From the NCBI GenBank assembly GCA_963667665.2, contig OY763927.2, forward strand, positions 1,056,001 through 1,120,000: a stretch of DNA of 64,000 nucleotides, written 5' to 3'. Both the position numbers and the translations under genes were made by a program. Of the stretch, positions 60,543 through 64,000 are shown piece after piece. The first letter of the stretch is position 1, and every line of letters starts with the position of its first letter. The stretch comes from Nitrosopumilus sp. Its GTDB lineage: Archaea > Thermoproteota > Nitrososphaeria > Nitrososphaerales > Nitrosopumilaceae. The notes under the pieces are model-generated. The model worked only from the letters and a program-made list of their open reading frames with translations. It was not told the origin of the DNA and did no database searches.

Positions 60543-60974
60543 TTATTTTAGATTTTTTGGCATCAATGCATTTTGAATAATTTCAAGTGCATCTTGAGCT
60601 TTTTCTGGGCGAGGTAATTGAATCATAAACACATTTTCTTTTCCATATTGAGAATGAGGTGAAGAAAGCGCAAGCATCGATGTTTTTGAAAGAGATTCAA
60701 AAAATGCAAGATCAGTTTTTGCATTGATTAGAAATTTTTCAACAATATTTCCTTTTGAAAAGATCAAGACAACTTCAACAAAAACATTTCCTAGTCCATC
60801 TTTTAAAATATTTAGATCAGTGTTAATCGATAAAGATTGTCCAGTAACTTTTGATAGCATCTCATCATATTTTTTTTCTTCAATTACAATACAAGGAGTT
60901 TTTTTACCATCAAAATCGAAAGTGGTAATTCCATCATGGACTTGATCTAATAATTTCTTTAACTCATCAGACAT
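60543..60974 (-). CDS. Hypothetical protein
   Basis: 143-aa ORF coupled to the antiporter gene. Confidence 0.7.
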   Translation of the reverse strand: MSDELKKLLDQVHDGITTFDFDGKKTPCIVIEEKKYDEMLSKVTGQSLSINTDLNILKDGLGNVFVEVVLIFSKGNIVEKFLINAKTDLAFFESLSKTSMLALSSPHSQYGKENVFMIQLPRPEKAQDALEIIQNALMPKNLK

Positions 60975-62310
60975 TTTCTTTCTTTTCTACTGCAAGAATT
61001 ATTTTATCACCAGCTCTCATCAAAAATGGAGTAATAATTGCAGTGATAATAGAAATCATACCAATCAAAGGGAATAAGAAGGCACTAACTGCACCCATAT
61101 CTACTCCAACCTTTACAATTACAATTGAGAATTCACCTCTAGGTGCAGCTAAGGAAAATGCAGAACGGAGTGCTTTACCACGTTTTTGTCTAAATATGAT
61201 ATTTCCAAGCATATTACCTCCAAACTTCATGCCAATAGAAACTGCAATCAAAACAATAGCTATAACAATATAATTTTCAAGCTGAGAAACGTCCATCAAA
61301 GCACCAACTGAGATAAAGAATATGGCTACAAACATGTCTTTGATTGGACTTGAGAGAAGTTTTGAAACTTCAGCTGATTTAGATTCAGCAACAAGCACAC
61401 CTGCTAAAAATGCTCCAATTGCTACAGATAATCCAACAATGTTTGCAAATAAGGCATATCCAAAACAGAGACCAAGAACACTGAGTAGCAAAATTTCACG
61501 ATGTTCTGTGGCTGCAACTCTATCAATTAGTGGAGGAATTAAACGTGTTCCAATAGTAAATGTTCCAGCAATAAGAGCAATTGCAACTGCCACTACTGCA
61601 ATAATAGATTCTATTGATACAGTTCCAACTAATGCAATAGACTGTAATGAAGAAATTAAAATTACGGCAATAACATCTTCAACAATTAAAATACCTAAAA
61701 CAAGTAAAGAAGATTCTTTTTTGATTTTTCCCGTATCCTCAAAAATCTTAACAATGATTGCAGTACTGGATATCGATAATGCTGCTGAAATAAACAAAGC
61801 ATCCATGAATTGTAACCCCAGTATACTAGCAACATAAAATATGACACCCATTGTTAAAAATAACCCTATATTTCCAATTCCAATTGCCTTACGGCCAATA
61901 CTTTTGATTTTTGAATATGGGAATTCAATGCCTATTACAAAAAGAAGTAAGATGACACCAATTTCAGCAAAAAGATTCAGTGCCTCAATATCAGATAAAA
62001 TTCCCACACCTAAAGAAGTAGCATTAGGACCTCCATCAGGTAAAACCCACGACCAAAATGGAGAGAGAGGACCAATCAACATTCCTGCAAATAGATAACC
62101 AATGATTAACGGTTGTTTTATTTTAAAAAATGCAAGTGTAACTATAGCACCAATTATCATGATAAAAGCTAAATCAGTGATAAAACTAGTGTGAGGAAGT
62201 TCAGGAGTTATCTGTTCAATTAAAGTGGTAACAGTATTGTCAAGAGTGTCTTGAATTCCACTTGGATCTAATTGAAGTAGAATATTTTGCATAATATTAT
62301 TTTTAAACAA
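60967..62310 (-). CDS. CPA2-family cation:proton antiporter
   Basis: AEIGVILLLF.IGIE, ISSTAII.K, ILIVED, GAFLAG, PRGEFS. Confidence 0.92.
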   Translation of the reverse strand: MFKNNIMQNILLQLDPSGIQDTLDNTVTTLIEQITPELPHTSFITDLAFIMIIGAIVTLAFFKIKQPLIIGYLFAGMLIGPLSPFWSWVLPDGGPNATSLGVGILSDIEALNLFAEIGVILLLFVIGIEFPYSKIKSIGRKAIGIGNIGLFLTMGVIFYVASILGLQFMDALFISAALSISSTAIIVKIFEDTGKIKKESSLLVLGILIVEDVIAVILISSLQSIALVGTVSIESIIAVVAVAIALIAGTFTIGTRLIPPLIDRVAATEHREILLLSVLGLCFGYALFANIVGLSVAIGAFLAGVLVAESKSAEVSKLLSSPIKDMFVAIFFISVGALMDVSQLENYIVIAIVLIAVSIGMKFGGNMLGNIIFRQKRGKALRSAFSLAAPRGEFSIVIVKVGVDMGAVSAFLFPLIGMISIITAIITPFLMRAGDKIILAVEKKENV

Positions 62311-62438
62311 ATTTGTTTAAAAATGATCACAGATTGAAAATTCAGAAATAAAATCAAAATGAGAAAAAATGAAAACAGGCTCGTAGTTGTCATAATCTTT
62401 AACCTCTTTATGCTCAGTGATTATTATTAAAATGCAGA

Positions 62439-62491
62439 GTGATGATTAGGTCAGCTGAATAAAATGTAGAGATATGACCTGGGGTATCTGA
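62439..62491 (+). ncRNA. Candidate C/D-box sRNA
   Basis: C box GTGATGA 62439, D' CTGA 62455, C'-like ATGTAGA 62464, D CTGA 62488; 53 nt, intergenic. Confidence 0.45.
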
Positions 62492-62528
62492 CTGCGTAAT
62501 TGGTTACGTTGTAATTACCCGAGTATTA

Positions 62529-62553
62529 ATAGTACGGTACCATACCGTACTAT
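62529..62553. promoter_or_regulatory. Perfect 11-bp inverted repeat with 3-nt spacer
   Basis: atagtacggta-cca-taccgtactat directly before ATG 62554. Confidence 0.7.
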
Positions 62554-62661
62554 ATGATTCAATGTGAATTTTGTACAAGAGGGTTTATTGAAACAATGAA
62601 TGGTTTGACTGAAAAGACATTTCATGAATTACTTCACGAGCCAAGAGTTGTAAACAAGTAA
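62554..62661 (+). CDS. 35-aa C2H2-like zinc-finger micro-protein (not in ORF track)
   Basis: MIQCEFCTRGFIETMNGLTEKTFHELLHEPRVVNK. Confidence 0.65.
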   Translation: MIQCEFCTRGFIETMNGLTEKTFHELLHEPRVVNK

Positions 62662-62722
62662 CTCTTTACATTTTTTATTTTACACCTAACTTTTTTATCA
62701 TTAAATTTTTAATTTAATTCAT

Positions 62723-64000
62723 ATGGCTACCAAAACTTCGAAGAAAAAAATGACAAAACAAACAAAGAAAATTACAAAAAGAGAGCCAAGCCCATCCATA
62801 TTATTAAAGAAAGTAGCATCAGTTTCAGATTCTAACAAGGCATTGCAAAAAGAGATCAAGGGAATGTCAAAAATTTTTGGTGAAAACCAAAAGATCTTAG
62901 TATCAATGAAAGGTATGATTGATACATTAACATCGACATTAGAACATATTCAAAAACAATCAAGACAAATCAACATCATTGAAGATGATACACAAAAATT
63001 ATACTCTGGATTAAATCAAGTAAGAACACAATTTAATCTAGTCAACAAGATCAATGATCAAACTACCAAATTGCAAGATGAGGTAAACAAAATTTCAAAT
63101 GAATCGAAATCTCAAGGACTAACTCAAAAAGTAGAAGATAGTATGAATTCAATTAGAAATAATTCTCAAATGATAATCAAAATTGCTCAGAGAATTGATG
63201 AGGTAAGAGATGATCTAAAAAAAGTTTCTGGAAAAGCAGATTCATTTTTAGAAATTGGTTCTGAGATGAACAAATTAAAAAATAGTGTTGATATGATTTC
63301 AGGAAAAACTGGAAAAATAGAGATAGGAACCCAAATTATTGAAAGCTTAAAACAAGAACTTGGAAAAATTGTTGATGGGGGATCATTTACATCTAATCTT
63401 AATGCTGAATTACAAGCAATAAAAATTACAATTGATGCCATATCATCCAAAGCTTCAAAAATTGATTCATTAGGTGGAGTAATTGATGGCCTCAAACAAC
63501 AATTTGACACCATAGCATTAAAGACTAATTCTGTAGAAGGTTTGAGCCTAGAGTCAATCAGTGAGTTAGGAGATAAAATAAACAAGATTGAAGAAAAAGT
63601 AGCTTCTGTATCAGATATTGTAAAAAGACAAGATGCATCTACTGCAGAATTTCATAAAAAATCTGAAAAATTATTTGAAGAGATGCAATCAGTCAGAAAT
63701 GTTACAAGTAAAGCATCAAGTGATTCATCAAATGAGATGATGGCTTTGTTAAAGCTTTCAGAATATCAATCAGGTATCAGAATGAATGCAGAATCAAAGT
63801 ATGGTGATGTAAAAGATCTTGAAAAAATGGCGACACAAACTGCAAATATTGTTAATCTGTTTGATAGAATTTCAATAGAATCAGGTGAAAAGATTCCACT
63901 TCCTTATGAAGTAAGACAGTGGGCAGTGAGTAAAATTTTTGATTGCGCAGACAAGTGGGAGATTAGATTCAGCGATGTCTATTCAATTTTGACTAATGCA
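62723..64000 (+). CDS. Long coiled-coil protein (runs off window end)
   Basis: Open from ATG 62723 (MATKTSKKK..) to the end; heptad-rich. Confidence 0.8.
   Translation, partial: MATKTSKKKMTKQTKKITKREPSPSILLKKVASVSDSNKALQKEIKGMSKIFGENQKILVSMKGMIDTLTSTLEHIQKQSRQINIIEDDTQKLYSGLNQVRTQFNLVNKINDQTTKLQDEVNKISNESKSQGLTQKVEDSMNSIRNNSQMIIKIAQRIDEVRDDLKKVSGKADSFLEIGSEMNKLKNSVDMISGKTGKIEIGTQIIESLKQELGKIVDGGSFTSNLNAELQAIKITIDAISSKASKIDSLGGVIDGLKQQFDTIALKTNSVEGLSLESISELGDKINKIEEKVASVSDIVKRQDASTAEFHKKSEKLFEEMQSVRNVTSKASSDSSNEMMALLKLSEYQSGIRMNAESKYGDVKDLEKMATQTANIVNLFDRISIESGEKIPLPYEVRQWAVSKIFDCADKWEIRFSDVYSILTNA

Noticed and set aside
1404-63585. Many antisense or nested ORFs in the track (e.g. 1404-1622, 6715-6978, 20413-20820, 34176-34490, 61322-61837, 63187-63585)
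   Set aside because: Shadows of confidently assigned genes, with no motifs
62723-64000. Methyl-accepting chemotaxis or SMC protein
   Set aside because: Coiled coil only; no MCP hairpin signature or Walker A motif in the visible part

Overview
AT-rich archaeal chromosome segment that looks like an ammonia-oxidising thaumarchaeon (Nitrosopumilus-like). This rests on archaeal information genes (TFB, rps8e, rpl10e, SRP19, Gar1, EndA, an intron-containing tRNA) and on lineage-typical protein motifs. 1-42.3 kb is intact core genome: scpAB, a split SUF system, tetrapyrrole/siroheme/heme genes, pgk, an ars-aquaporin module, sbtAB, a phosphate transporter, an ABC transporter and surface proteins. 42384-58258 is a ~15.9 kb decaying island integrated at tRNA-Glu(CTC) and bounded by an 18-bp direct repeat. 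It carries an integrase stump, many secreted-protein genes broken at or just after their signal peptides, a duplicated 242/243-bp signal+cysteine module, a 1262-aa repeat protein with a C11 tract, a possible Cas8b-like remnant, a RelBE-like pair and tiny virus/plasmid-like genes. Core genes resume at 58.3 kb. Manual reading found several micro-proteins absent from the ORF track (a 49-aa metallothionein-like peptide and several single zinc-finger peptides), a shared palindromic operator at both suf loci, and a candidate C/D-box sRNA. All family assignments are by motif recognition only; no searches were run.
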